Below are positions 27,777 through 40,518 of a stretch of 64,000 nucleotides of DNA, piece by piece; position 1 is the first letter of the stretch; each line of letters begins with the position of its first letter. The stretch lies in NCBI GenBank assembly GCA_043228905.1, contig JBHGNT010000013.1, forward strand, positions 16,802,001 to 16,866,000. The letters are read 5' to 3'. A model generated the notes under the pieces. The model made no database searches and had not been told where the DNA came from. It saw only the letters and a list, made by a program, of their open reading frames with translations. A program made the position numbers and the translations under genes. Origin of the DNA: Azolla caroliniana. Lineage: Eukaryota; Plantae; Polypodiophyta.

Positions 27777-28256
27777 AAAAGCAATGTACAATAATGCAAT
27801 ACTAGACAATGCAATATTAGTCAATAATGGAGAAGGTAGACAAAGCAATGTACAACAATGTTATAGGAGGGAGCCCGACTGATTAATGAGGAGGCCGACT
27901 CATTAATAATTAAGTGCCCGACTACGTGTAATGATGGCGTTTCAACGATCATACTAACGATTACACTAAATTGATTCATCAAATTCAGTAGCATACACTA
28001 AGAGGTAGACTCATTCACCAAGGGTTGAACTCATTCCCTTCCTTAACAGTCTATTAATCACTCGCACTCATTTCATTCACCCGCATTCTCAATCGTTCGC
28101 TAATAGCCCTAAACATTCTCGAACTAAATCATTAAATAAGAGCTTAAATAATCCACTCCATTCATGTGAATTATTTGAATTCATTCACTTCATTCATTCG
28201 CATAATCTCTCATATTCACCTCAATCACTGGCATTCTCGATCATATTGTATTTGCT

Positions 28257-29380
28257 ATGGAGAGCACAATGCATCATTGTGTCTTCGCCATGTCAGAAGA
28301 TGAATTGGAGGATACGCCATGGTCATCCAATGCATCGTTTGTATCAAAGGACGAATTGGAGTTTGGTAGAATGTTCAACTATGGACAGATTGACACTACC
28401 AATGTTGTGGGAAGACATTGGCAGTTTATCAAGTATACTGCCTTGAGAGGAAGAATAAACCGATCAATTACCAAACTTCTGCATGTCTTAATCGGGGACA
28501 ATGAAACTGGCACTTGCATAGGAGGAACACTAATAGAGTGGTACAAGCAACAACAAGAAATATGTGAGAGTGGTCGGTTTGCACATTGTGCGAATTGTAG
28601 GTATCAAAGGTCTCAACTTAAAGAAGCGGAGAGAATATTGGAAAGGTATGTCGACGAGGCCCGATATTGGTTTAGAATCTTGAGCATGACGACTGCCACT
28701 CTATGGTATAATGTCTCACTCCAATGGTCATATTGTGATTGCCAAGACATTGTGAGTAAATGTAAGCATTTACTCGGTATCCGAATGATTATTGAGAGGC
28801 ATATGCCACATTTATGTGGCTCATTGCCTTTTATAGATCACGCAACCCAAATGCGAATGGACCATAATACAGAAATAGAAGTGGAGGCAGAGGTAGAACG
28901 AGTCGAGGAGACAACCCCACAACATCCGAGATTGAATCATTCAAGTCCAAAATACAAACGGTCGTGAAAGCACTTCAATGTCTCGATCAAGGGTTCGGAA
29001 CCTTCGACCGTGCAACTATTGTCGAAGGTATACAAACATTGGAAGATGTGGTTGGGAAGGTGTATCGCGTTGGTGCACCAAAATAAACCAATGAAGAAGA
29101 TGGCAAATCAATAAGTCGCAACCAACAAATTGGTGCCAAAAGAAGTGCAACAATAGACATCTCGCAATAACTTATTGGCAGCTCCCCAAACACTTCCAAA
29201 TCCCACTCCGGAAAACTACAAAGAGGTGCAAGTCGAGCTAGGAGGCGATTGTCAATATGTGACCATGAGAAGGTTCAGTGTTTGCATTGCGATGGCTTGA
29301 CCTTGACTTCAAGGGACTCGAATGTTACATGTTGTAAAAATTGTGGTTGCATCTTGCAATCATCCCAACATGAGCCATAA
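28257..29380 (+). pseudogene. 5'-truncated MULE transposase C-terminus with SWIM finger and a terminal CxxC-CxxC motif
   Basis: 'DTTNVVGRHWQFIKY..LRGRINRSITKLLHVL' resembles the MULE helix carrying the catalytic E (TTN.vE.w...K). SWIM 'YCDCQDIVSKCKH'. Downstream after stops, 'VQCLHCDG...CCKNCG'. The N-terminal DD part is not seen. Confidence 0.75.
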
Positions 29381-29828
29381 TCTTAATATGTAACGTGTAT
29401 ATTCATATTTCATTTTAGGGTTGTCAACATTTGATGTCTTAATATTTTATGTAAGACTTGTTATTTGAATCTTTAGGTTTTTTTGAGAAGTTTTATGATC
29501 ATTTTCATGGCAAATATTTGTTGTACACTTACCATTTTTGGGAGTTTTTGATGTTTGTTTTTAAGTCGGGCTCCTTCCCTGAGTCGATTGGGCTCTTGAT
29601 GATAGAGGTTGTCAAACAACGGGGCTCCTTTTGACAGAGTCGGGCTCCTGGTGACAGACATTGTCAACTTTTCATCCATCTTGGATGGTGGAGATTGAAC
29701 ATGCCATCAGCAGTGCAACCTGCACCGTCCCTCTCCGCGATTCCCTCACTTGCCCTCTTAAATATTTGGTAGTAGTTAGTCACGAGCATCCTATCCCAAT
29801 GCCCCATGGTATCCCCACATGATACATC

Positions 29829-30268
29829 TAACAATCGGCAACGGTTCCCGAACCGCGAAACCGCGGCTTAACGGTTAAAAACGGTGTAGTTCAGGTTCAC
29901 GGTTTTTTTAACGGTTCGGTTCAGTTTGGTTTCAATAGTTAGAATCCACGATTTAAACGGTTAAATGGTTTTTTTTTTTAATTTAAGAAAAATAAATTTT
30001 TTTGAAACAATCTTTTCATTTTCATGCCTTATTCTCACATTCTAGGAAAATCTTTAAATTTTAAATAATGAAATTTTTAAATTTTGACCTATGTTGAAAA
30101 CCAAAACTGAACCATGAAACCGCGGTTTAATGGCTTAACGGTTTGAATATTTTGTAATGGTTCGGTTTAACGGTTTCGTGGTTCGGTTCAATTGCGTTCA
30201 AGTTTCAAATTTTTTTAACGGTTTGGTTTGGACCCTCTCGAACTGAACCGAGCTGTTGTCGATTGTTA
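29829..30268. mobile_element. MITE-like element, ~440 bp, with short TIRs and many AACCG/CGGTT subterminal repeats
   Basis: Left 'taacaatcggcaacggttc' versus right 'gagctgttgtcgattgtta' (revcomp taacaatcgacaacagctc). AT-rich core with numerous aaccg/cggtt motifs. Confidence 0.8.
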
Positions 30269-30789
30269 CTCACATCTCATATTGACCAAACATCTCCAAT
30301 GCCCGCATGATCCATCGATTGGTTTGCCTGTGATTCATATCCACTCTTACGTCCCCGTCGTAACCATCAATCAATCGATTGCATGCGCAAAGCATTGATT
30401 ATTAACTTGTATGGAACTCTAATTGGAGCCGAAAATAGAAGAGATGATCGATTGAACACATGATGCATGTGACATTGTGGTTAAAATATAAAAAAACAGG
30501 GCTTGGATGTAGTGGAAAATAAGATACTGCAACAATATTGTGCATAAAATTTGCGTCAGGAGGTTCAAAGATAATAAAAAGAGAAGCAATTATTCCTGAG
30601 TTTTTCGTTATTTCTCCGAACTTTGTAGGTCAACCAATGCCCTCCAATCAGAGGTTGGTTCTGGTCACACTCATTGGGGGAACAAACCATAAAGGTTCCC
30701 TTCTTTCAGTATTTAGTGAAACTTGGAAGGTCATTACTGATGTCGCGGAATGTAACGGAACCAGTAACTTAGAAACTTTGGACTAACTG

Positions 30790-31335
30790 GGGTGTTTCAA
30801 CTTTGCATTTGAAAATGTACTGGAAAAATTGGTCATTCAAGGGACCCACTAAATTTATTCTCTTCAAATGGCTATTAGTGCATGCAACATTTCTGGTTGG
30901 CCATTCATTGAAAGGGAATGTAGCATCCAATCTTGGGCAATGTGGCTTTTGCTATGCAGCTCATGAGACTACCAAGCATGCCTTCTAGTCTTGTCCCTTG
31001 TCTTAGCAAGTACGGAATAAAGTTCTTTCTTTATTCCTAACGATCAATGTTGGTTGCTTGTTCTCATGGGGAGCGGCAATGTGGGGATTTTTACATTCCA
31101 ACTTGATATTGTATAAGGTAGACAATGTTCACATTCTAGACTCCTCTTGTGCATATTATCTATCCATGACATGATGTTCACGAGGCCATGATGGTACACA
31201 ATAGAAGATTGATATCATTTAGTCCATTTCAGCAACCTCGAAAGTAGGTCCGATGTGTCCATGTTTGGAAAACAGTGACTACAGTAACGTTATGGACATT
31301 ATGGAAATGTAGATGTAATTGACTTTATGATGCAA
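30790..31335 (+). mobile_element. L1-type LINE 3' fragment (zf-RVT)
   Basis: 'WKNWSFKGPTKFILFKWLLVH...QCGFCYAAHETTKHAF*SCP' matches zf-RVT (W....p.K...f.W......C..C....E...H.F..C). 'TLWTLWKCRCN' follows. Confidence 0.75.
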
Positions 31336-31355
31336 CATGTTAGAGCTAACTACTA

Positions 31356-34300
31356 ATGTACGCATGAGATAAGGATATAAAAGATAGATAGATAGAAAGG
31401 AGAGAGAGAAAGAAGGGTGTCAATCCACCCGACCACCCCCGAGCGAAGGGATCGAAAACGGACTCGAGCCTCAATCAACATCTCATACCACCGTCGTGGC
31501 GTCGAGTCGTACCTGGTACTGGCACGCTCACTACAAAAGTTGACCCACCACAAGGACGGAGTCTCGACAAAGTCGATAAGGTATTCTATACATGTGGATA
31601 AAGTATGGTCATGCCCGTAACATAGCAAATCTTGGTCTCTCATATGTATTGCTCGAGATATGGGAGAAATTGGTGGCAGTAGTCCGTGGTCAGTAGGATA
31701 ATATGCATGGTTCTCCAAAAAATGTTAATAAGAGAAGGAAGAAGCTTCTTCACTTGTGGAGAAAGTTGACCCTATTTGTAGTGTCAAATCAAGGGCCTCA
31801 ATGGAACTATCAACTTCCATGGACCCTTGCTTGAATATCAATACACCATGGCAGTGTACCTCGTTAAGTTTCAACATCCCTTTATAAGTTCCTATATATG
31901 GCCTAACAATAACTATACATAAAACGTTGCAAGCCTCTGGGCAAATAACTTCAAGTTGTACCCTTCGGACATTTTTTCTTAATACTACTAAAGAAAATAT
32001 TTCAAAAAAGAAGGAAAAAAACCAATGCCCTCCAATCAAATATTCAGAGCCTGCATTTTTTACCATGAAGTTCAAATATGGTGTTTTGATGTACTTCTTG
32101 TTTGTGTGGATAAACACCATTATATCCCTTTCATTTTGGTTAAGGGGGTAGATGGTCAAGGAGCTAATGGAAAACTCATGCATAAGTCAACCTTCGTCAC
32201 TCTTCAAGCCATCGTTGTATTTATATTTACTTGTTTAATTGCACATGAACACACATCTACATTTTATCAACTTTGTACAATAATTGAACTTTGTGCATGT
32301 ATAAAAACCTTTATTCTTTTCTTCCATTTGTGTCTTGGCATGCCTTTCTTTGCATCCCAATGGATCTTGATATCAATAAACTTGTGTAGTCTTAATTGTA
32401 CATGGTTGTAAGGATAAATAGTATGCCCATATGATCTCTGATATATTGACTCTTAATGGCCTTAGTGAGCATCCCACTATTGTTTACCCTAACAACCTCG
32501 CACTTAATAGCAAATGCACTTGCAAGGGGGTATACTTAATAAATGGTTTTGATGAAAAGGCATTTGGTGTTCATGTTATGTATCGACTCAAGGTGGGTAT
32601 TCTAAGTGCACGACTTTATGTCACTCGTCTTCATTGAGATTTTACACTAAAGTAACAACAACTAATGCAAGTTATTAACATGTGGCTAGATATCGAGAGA
32701 GATGGAGAAAGAGACACACACATGATGAGTTAGATGCTAAAGTGGGGGAAAAGTTGGATTTTATACTTCTCTTACATTTAAATGCTCTAGTCTTTCTCCT
32801 CTCGAGTAGTGGAAACACAATACCCTTTGTTAAGTTTTACACGTTCTCTCGTATCATGCCTTACGGTACGTGAATTATCATTTCACAAAGACGATGGGCG
32901 TTTAAAGGTCCCAGCTTCATTATGTGGTTTCATGGATGTTTTGTGCACAATAATGTCTATCCCAGTACATCATTGCATTTTAGGAATGCAAGGAAGCAAT
33001 TTTGCTTGTTTAAGTAGTGAGAGATTTGGGCAGTCATGAATCTCAAAGAATTTACTATGATAGTATGTATATTGTTCGCATGGCACACAAATTGATGTTC
33101 AAGCAAACAATAAGCATATCATGATAACACGAGCATTGTCGTGTTATTGATTCCTTGTTTGTTGTGCATTGAGAGGGAGAAACCATTGTATGGGAGAACT
33201 TGCGCGTGGAGTATTGGGTTAATGCTGGTGAAATACAACCTTCGTTTTAGAAGGATTAGAAAAATCTTCCATAGGCTCTCATGTGCAATAACTTGGAGAG
33301 TATCGTTTTGAAATTTTATAAAGTAATACAAACATTGACAAAGGAGCTTAGTGGCTTGGTATATCTTGAACCTACAATTCTTTATGACCATCAATCTCAA
33401 GTGGAGAAGGCAAACTAGTAAATGATTAGTTGTATATGGATCTAACAAATAAATGTGAAAGATTGGGCAAGGCACAACGATAATGGAAGCTTGGCTTGTG
33501 TTTGTGGGACGAGTAGAGAAATATCATTGACAAAACCATACAACACCATTGACATAAAAAGAGAAGCTTACATACTTTTGCCACCACTCTCTAGCTTCGA
33601 GAAAAGGATGTTGAAGATATTATCGAAGATCATAGAACAAATTGCACCCTTCAAGCTCATATTCCAATCATATCACTAGTTGTAAGAGCTGATTGCTTGA
33701 CATTCATAATCATATGCCACAACAATTTATTTGGAGCAACGATTTTCATACCTTCATCGAAGGTTTCAATCGAAAAAGTATGGGGTTTTCCCATGACTCA
33801 TACAATTGATGGTCGTATTTGTTTTTGCAAATGGCTCAAAACAATTGAAACTTAATCACATTGTTTAGGTAAAAAACTTACATGATCGTAATAGTCATGA
33901 CCATGTCTTTCTCTTCTCAGAACTTAGTTGACCATGATATGCCATTTCATTGCAAAATGAATGGATTGGATTATCCAATAATGTGTCATCAATATTCTCT
34001 GTTGTGATAAGAGTACATGATAATAATACATGCAAATGGTGGTTGATCTCAATCATAGATCATTGAGGAGAGGAGTCCTCAAAGAGACTTGGAGCACAAA
34101 GCCTACCGCTTACAATTAAACTTTAAGCATCTATCGTGTGTTCATCACTCATATTTTTATAGGCTACAAACCCTTAACAACAAGGTTCCCCATTTTGATA
34201 TATACATTAAGGCCTTAAAACAATAAGATGATGACATGAACCTTTAGTCTATGATCATATACCATCGTTTGGTGTCAAATATGTTTGCTACACCCCATTT

Positions 34301-34650
34301 TTTCCATGTTCCCATTACGCATTGTGAAAATAGTAGATAATCATGACATTGAAATACCAATTTAGATTAGAATTTTTTATTTGAATTGCCATAGAGTTAG
34401 TTAGAATGGTACATTGGTGATGAGAAAGAACATGTTAATTGAAGTGATGCCAAGGAATTTAATTACTTTCATTGCCAGTGCCTTCTTCTATCAAACATTC
34501 GAGAATAATTAGATAAAACCCACATGCCATATGAACTTCTCAAGAATTAGGTGAGCTTGTCATGTACAATGGTAGAGCACATCGGCTTCATGCCGTGCCC
34601 ACTCAACATAAAAATTTGAGTTATTTTGAAATCCCAAAGTGCATGAAAAT
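31356..34650. mobile_element. Highly decayed LTR-retrotransposon (probably Ty3/Gypsy) debris
   Basis: Loose RT-like residues on the minus strand at 31725-32183 ('...FMVKNAGSEYL...GMLKLNEVHCHG') and integrase/chromodomain-like traces at 33700-34500. No intact ORF or paired LTR could be identified. Confidence 0.4.
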
Positions 34651-35347
34651 ATGACTTAGTTTTCACTGAATACATTAGAAAAGCAATAAGCTTAATAAAA
34701 CTCATGTAAATTCTAGGGAATCAGGGGTTTTTTGAGCTTTGCCACAACAAACCTTGACTCTGAACTTGAATGAGAGATTAAAAAATCATGATAGCTTCTA
34801 TTTTCTTCAAAACAAAACAAGTTAGAATCATGTTTTTGTCATGAGACCAAAATCTCTCATAGTTTCATGCTTACATAAGATAAAAGCACAATTGCGATAC
34901 TCCAATCATATCAATGTTTACGATTGGGTTTATGAGAAGTCGGGCATGTTTAGCTAGAACCTCTCGCAAGGGGGGTCATATATGCTCGCAAACCAGCAAT
35001 TTGGGTGACGGGTTACCGAGAGGGCTTGCGAATATTAATGCTTGACGAATCGAAGGGGGATCAATCAAAAATCCGAAGTGTGTCGTGTTGACCGAATGCT
35101 CAAGTGCTCGATCATTTTAAATGTTCAATCTAGAAGGTATGTAGGTAGGTCGATTGATCAAACTTCAACAATCATTTTCAATATTTCCAATGTACTTAGG
35201 TAGGTTAGGTCGATCGATCGAACATCGACAAACATTGGGTGCTCATGTGGTGAGTCGATTCTAACAAGTTTTTAAGCATCCTAACATTGATTCAAATTTA
35301 TGGTGCGCAGAATTGATCGAGGTCCACACTACACTCGACCGATTGAT

Positions 35348-35410
35348 GGATTAAGCATCGAATCAATTGGATTAAGCATCGAATCAATCGGATTAAGCAT
35401 CGAATCAATC
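35348..35410 (+). repeat. 21-bp tandem repeat x3
   Basis: 'ggattaagcatcgaatcaat(t/c)' three times, within a TCGA-rich tract upstream of the Kelch gene. Confidence 0.9.
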
Positions 35411-35671
35411 TCGCACACTCCCCTGATAATTAAGACTCCCGGGTAATTAATTAAGGCTCCCCAGGTAATTAAGACATTTGAGGAAAAGCTTAAGAAATGG
35501 GGGGGGGGAGGAAACAGTAGAGTGTATGTATGCTGATTGATGGTGATGCCGATGAATCAGAGATGGAGTAGAGAGTGATGGGATTTACGGAACGCGGATG
35601 ACAGCAGGCAGGCGGGAAGCTGCTGCAGGATTTGCAGGGCAGCAGAAGCTGCTGTTTCGAAGAAGGTGAAC

Positions 35672-37572
35672 ATGGAGACGAAGACGATCAAGAAGAAGAA
35701 GAATAAGGTGGGATGGATCAGCTACGCTCTCTTCGCCATTTGCTCAGCGGTCGTACTCGCTGTTCTGCTCAGTAATCTGCTCTGGGTCTCCTCCTCCCCC
35801 TCCCCCCCCTTCCTCCTCCTCCTCCTCCTCCGCCTCTTCTTTGATCCTCCGTGGGAGAAATGCCATCCATGAGGTATGAGATCCATCCTCTCCTTTGTTT
35901 TTCTTTTCTTTTTGTGTACTTCAGAGGTTAGAGATAGATCTCACATCATCTCATCAGCTAATGATGCACGGCCGCCATCGTTGATATTGTGCAGGTATTG
36001 TCTCATGTACAATCTCATGAAGTATTGGACTGGGAAGAGATGGCCCCTGCCCCTGTGGATCGGTTAGATGGTGCAGGCGTTCAGATTGGTAGCCTCTTTT
36101 ATGTTTTCGCTGGTTACCAGACCATCGATGAGGTACTCCCTCCCTGTCCCTCTGGAAATATTTCTTTCATTGAAATTTTTGAAGCTTTTCACAGTCCTCG
36201 TGAGTTACACACTCTGTTTTAAGAAATCAAAGGACCGATAGTTGGGCTAACCCTAGAATTTGTTCCCCTCATATGATGAGCTACATTCTCTCTTTCCCTG
36301 AAAAATCGAAGCTTTTGTCCTCTTCTTATCTCTAATCTACATACATCTATCCCTTCTTTTGCATCTTCATACTCTCTTGTACCCTGAATGGTCATCAACA
36401 TACATTCCATAGTTTTGACAGTAATGCCGCTCAGGCTATGTTCCTTCCTTCTGTACGTTATGATATTGAATATATGACATGCCCTACATTAGAGCCCTAT
36501 TAGAGAATCAAGGATATCCATCATTCGATTTTCAGTGATTTGTTCCATCTCTGTTTTGATGCTATACCAAGAGTCTCGAAGCTATGGAAAGGGTTGATAA
36601 GCACGTGCTTGATTACAGGCATTCCATTAGGTTGAACCAGTTTATCCACCCTAAGCTTAATTTTTGTTACATTTATTATAGTGCCTACTGAATAGAAATC
36701 TTGTTACCTCATTGTCTTGAATTTCTGGATTGCATTGACATTTCACACAATTCTTCTTCATATATAGTAACAATTAGTAAAAGAAGGCTTCTGCAACTCA
36801 ACTGTGAATTGTCTCACTATGGAGCCTCAAACTTAATGGATTCTTTGAGCAGGGGGGCGTAAAAAGACCAAACAGTCCAGGTGAAAATGAACATATTTGT
36901 TAAGACTCTCAATGCAGTCGAGGATGTATTAGGTGACAATCCCCATATATTTGGTTGACAATTTTGTACTTACTTTTGAGATGCAGTATTGTGGCATCAA
37001 GTGTCTAGGGACCCTATTAGCTTTATCCTATTCTAAAGAGATGTCTATAGTTCATACCATAGTACGTAAAATTCATGTTCGTCTAGCATAACATTCATTT
37101 TCCTACGTTGGAAAACGAATGCGAATGTTATTCAAACATTCTTGTGTTTTTTTTTCCCTCAATTTTTAATGTTTTTTTTTTTCCATTTTTAGGCGTATTT
37201 ACCTCATAATAAATAGTTAAACCAAAAGTCTGGTATTTATCATTCTTTGAGGGTGTTTTTCTTACGCGAATGATTGAAACATTCACGAATGCGAATGCAC
37301 GTATGGTACATATGGTTCATACTCATTTTTTTGTAAAGTTCTAAAGTGAAGAAATTGATATCTTCACTAGTTGCAAGATGAGAACATTGATAATTGCAAG
37401 ATGAGCTCATCATCAATAGAATTATGTCTTTGAACTATTTGATTTTTATGTTCATGCTTTCTAATGTTTAGTAGTTAAGTAATCCCTAGGTTTTGAACTT
37501 TCAATTGTGTTGAAATTTGATTCAATCAATATATAATATAGACCATAGTCATTTTTTGAAATTCCAATACAT

Positions 37573-37605
<33 letters not shown>

Positions 37606-39092
37606 TATTCCAACTTATAAATCCAATCCAACTTTGAGATGATTTACCATACGCATTTAATTGAATCATTCTCGAATGCAAATGCACGTATGGTACATAT
37701 GGTTCATTCTATGGTTCTATGTATAAAATGTCTGGGTGGCAGTCAAGGTAGTGTTAGTTTTAGTGCAAGTAAAATGTCAGAAACCAGAAAAAAATGAAAT
37801 CAACATTTTCTTTATGTGCACAATGCTGAGTATGATGAGGTTTGCTGTGGCAGGTTCATTCTCATGTGGATATATACAATCTTTCTGATAATACGTGGGG
37901 TGGTCGGTTCAATATGCCTCATGACATGGCCCACTCACACCTAGGAATGGTCACTGATGGCCGCTACATCTACATTATTTCAGGACAATATGGACCTCAA
38001 TGTAGAGGACCGACCTCAAAAAATTTTGTGCTTGATACACACACACAGTCATGGTCTGATTTGCCATCTCTTCCGTTTCCAAGGTTTGGAGTAAATTGTA
38101 ATGGTGTAATCGTCATATCCATGCTATGAGTTAAGCATCTGCCTTCACTTAGCTTTATTATGCTTATTTGTAGATATGCTCCAGCTACACAGCTTTGGAG
38201 AGGTCGACTACATGTCATGGGTGGCAGTAAAGAAGATCGATGGGACCCAGGATTGGAACATTGGAGCCTTGCTGTGAGTGAAGGGAAAGCCTTAGAAACA
38301 ACATGGAAGCCAGAGATCCCCATTCCACGGGGCGGTCCCCATAGGTTGGTATATTCATATATCAGTTTCATTCAGCAGTATTGTTGGATATGATTTGTGC
38401 CTATGATTAAGGTTTTGCTTATATGTAGGGCTTGTGTGGTTTTTGATGATCGCCTCTATGTGCTTGGCGGACAGGAAGGTGATTTTAAAGCAAAACCAGG
38501 TTCTCCTATTTTCAAATGTAGCAGGCAGCGTGAGGTAAGAAATTCCTTGCAGATCACTCTTTTATATTTTCTTATTCTAAGTTGTTCCCTGGAATGTCAT
38601 TTCGTGCTCTGATTTGACAGGTGATTCATGGCGATGTTTATATGTTGGAGGGGAATGCCAAGTCATGGAAAGTCTTACCCTCGATGCCCAAACCAGACTC
38701 TCATATTGAGTTTGCATGGGCTGTGGTAAACCATTCTGTGATCATTCTCGGAGGCACAACTACACCAATGCCAGGGAGTAAACGGATGGTCTTAGTGGGT
38801 GATGTGTTTGAATTCAACTTTAAGACACTGGTAATTCACACCTCACTCTTATGCATTCTTTGATGTTTGAGGAACATGTAAGATTCTTATACATATGTTA
38901 TGTTATTGACAGAAGTGGAGAATCATTGGCCAGATGCCGTATCGTGTCAAGACAACCCTGGTGGCACTGTATGATGGGTGGCTTTATTTCACATCTGGTC
39001 AAAGGGATAAGGGCCCCGAAGATCCTAGCCCAAAAAAGGTTATTCGAAGAACATGGAGAACTAAATTAAATTTTACTTTGATTGATTCTTGA
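35672..39092 (+). CDS. Kelch-repeat (galactose-oxidase-like beta-propeller) protein with N-terminal signal-anchor, similar to the Arabidopsis At3g27220/At1g51540 type; apparent +1 frameshift in exon 1
   Basis: METKTIKKKKNK followed by a TM helix. Exons: 'WEEMAPAPVDRLDGAGVQIGSLFYVFAGY', 'MAHSHLGMVTDGRYIYIISGQYGPQCRGP', 'YAPATQLWRGRLHVMGG', 'PIPRGGPHRAC', 'GGQEGDFKAKPGSPIFKCSRQRE', 'MPKPDSHIEFAW', 'PYRVKTTL...YFTSGQRDKGP'. Stop is TGA at 39090-39092. Confidence 0.9.
37058..37713. mobile_element. Non-autonomous TIR element (hAT-like MITE) in Kelch intron 2
   Basis: Ends 'catagtacg' and 'cattctatg', with repeated 'cgaatgc(g/a)aatgc' subterminal motifs. Shares sequence with 46604-46869. Confidence 0.6.
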
Positions 39093-39324
39093 GTTTTTCA
39101 GCATGTGGTTTATTTTATTGCTGATGTTATCACGTTGATATGCTTCTCTTTATCATTCTTTATTTGCTTGGGCTCTCTGATTCTTGAAAAATTTGCATTG
39201 AGAGACTTGCTCTCAGCGATGGAGGGGCTGGGATGGCATAGGTTGAATTATGTGGTCCTCAAGAGCTCCACTGATCTTATTATAAAAATAAGCAGTATAT
39301 AATGTGATCAAAATTTAAAGAACA

Positions 39325-39625
39325 AAATAGTCAAAATCTTGGGCTTCTGTAAAAGATGCAACATACTGCTTTTTTCAAGATTGAGTCTATTGTTTCCACT
39401 CAATTTTGTTTATCTGGGTCAATTCCTTCAATCTGTAATGAAGTTTAAGCGCACTTATGTTTGGGTTTTGCGTATCAAATAGTAAAATCTCGGGCTTCTG
39501 TAAACGGTGCAACATGCTGTATTTTTCAAGGTTGAGTCTATTGTTTCTACTCAATTTTGTTCATCTCGTAAACTTGTTCAATCTCTAATTGGTTTAAGTG
39601 CACTTACGTTTGGGTTTTGCTTATA
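39325..39625 (+). repeat. Tandem duplication, ~150 bp x2, in the Kelch 3' region
   Basis: 'aaatagt(c)aaaatct.gggcttctgtaaa...ttgagtctattgttt..actcaattttgtt...gcactta.gtttgggttttgc' at 39325 and 39477. Confidence 0.9.
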
Positions 39626-39994
39626 CATATACCACACACCCAGTCAGCTTGGCAATAACAACGCCCATGAATGCACTTGTATTTATATTAGCTGTTCTTG
39701 TTCTTGCTCCCATTGATGGGCCCTCCGTATGAATTTAAATGTTTAAAATAGAAGAGCATTTGCAACCGAGCCTGGGCCAATTGAAAATAGAAAGTGGATC
39801 TTTGACTTCAAAATTGGAGTGGTGTCAAATATTAATGACTGTTACAAAATGAGAGGCTGAATTATGCACCAGTCGTATCAATGTTGTAACATGCAATTGA
39901 ACAAGCGAACATTACCAAATTACCCAATAAACTAACATAAAAACCTTTCACAGATTTATGAGTTCTATTGAATTAAAGATTCAGTTCCGTTCAT

Positions 39995-40275
39995 GTAACA
40001 TTTTGAAGATTTATCTTAAAAAATGTGTTAAATTAAGGATGCCCACTTCCTAGGTGTCTTACACGGTTCATTGCATAATCTCATTCATAGCTTTTGAAGA
40101 TTTATACTTAAATTTGTTGAATTAAGGACATGAATTTCACTTACTAAAGTTTTCCCCACTTCATTGCATAATCTCATTCACATAATAACCTTTTGAAGAT
40201 GTATACTCAAATTTGTCAAATTTAAAGATCTGAATCACTTTCTCGGAAGTTCCCCACTTCATTGCATATGTCATA
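39995..40275 (+). repeat. Degenerate ~95 bp repeat x3 downstream of the HSD gene
   Basis: 'ttttgaagat.tat...aaatt...aaatt.aagga...ttcattgcata' recurs three times. Confidence 0.7.
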
Positions 40276-40518
40276 TACTCATGTCCAGATTTGGATACTC
40301 AAATTTGCTGTAATCAGATGACAGTTATATTATCCCACATGCAATTCTTGTATTACCTTTCAGGCATTACAGGGCTACACTACCAGTAGCAAGATTGCTA
40401 TACTTGCATATTTGACGGTTCTGGTATGATGATCATAAATTTATGATGATTCTCTAGAAATTCTCTATAAAATAGAATTACATATTTCAGCTGTGGCATT
40501 CTTACAATGTGGAAATCA

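Larger units (their letters stand above)
25316..29779 (+). mobile_element. Mutator-like (MULE) DNA transposon with ~110 bp TIRs, carrying a Ulp1-protease gene and a truncated SWIM transposase; non-autonomous
   Basis: Left end 'ctaactaccgccaaatatttatgagggcaagtgagggaatcgcggagagggacggtgcagg...caccatccaa.gtggatgaa' (25316-25424) is the reverse complement of 29670-29779. The subterminal motif GGAGCCCGACT is repeated at both ends. SWIM and Ulp1 coding remnants lie inside. Confidence 0.88.

Noticed and set aside
35802-35809. Programmed ribosomal frameshifting in the Kelch gene
   Set aside because: No recognisable stimulatory structure. A homopolymer error or simple mutation is far more parsimonious.
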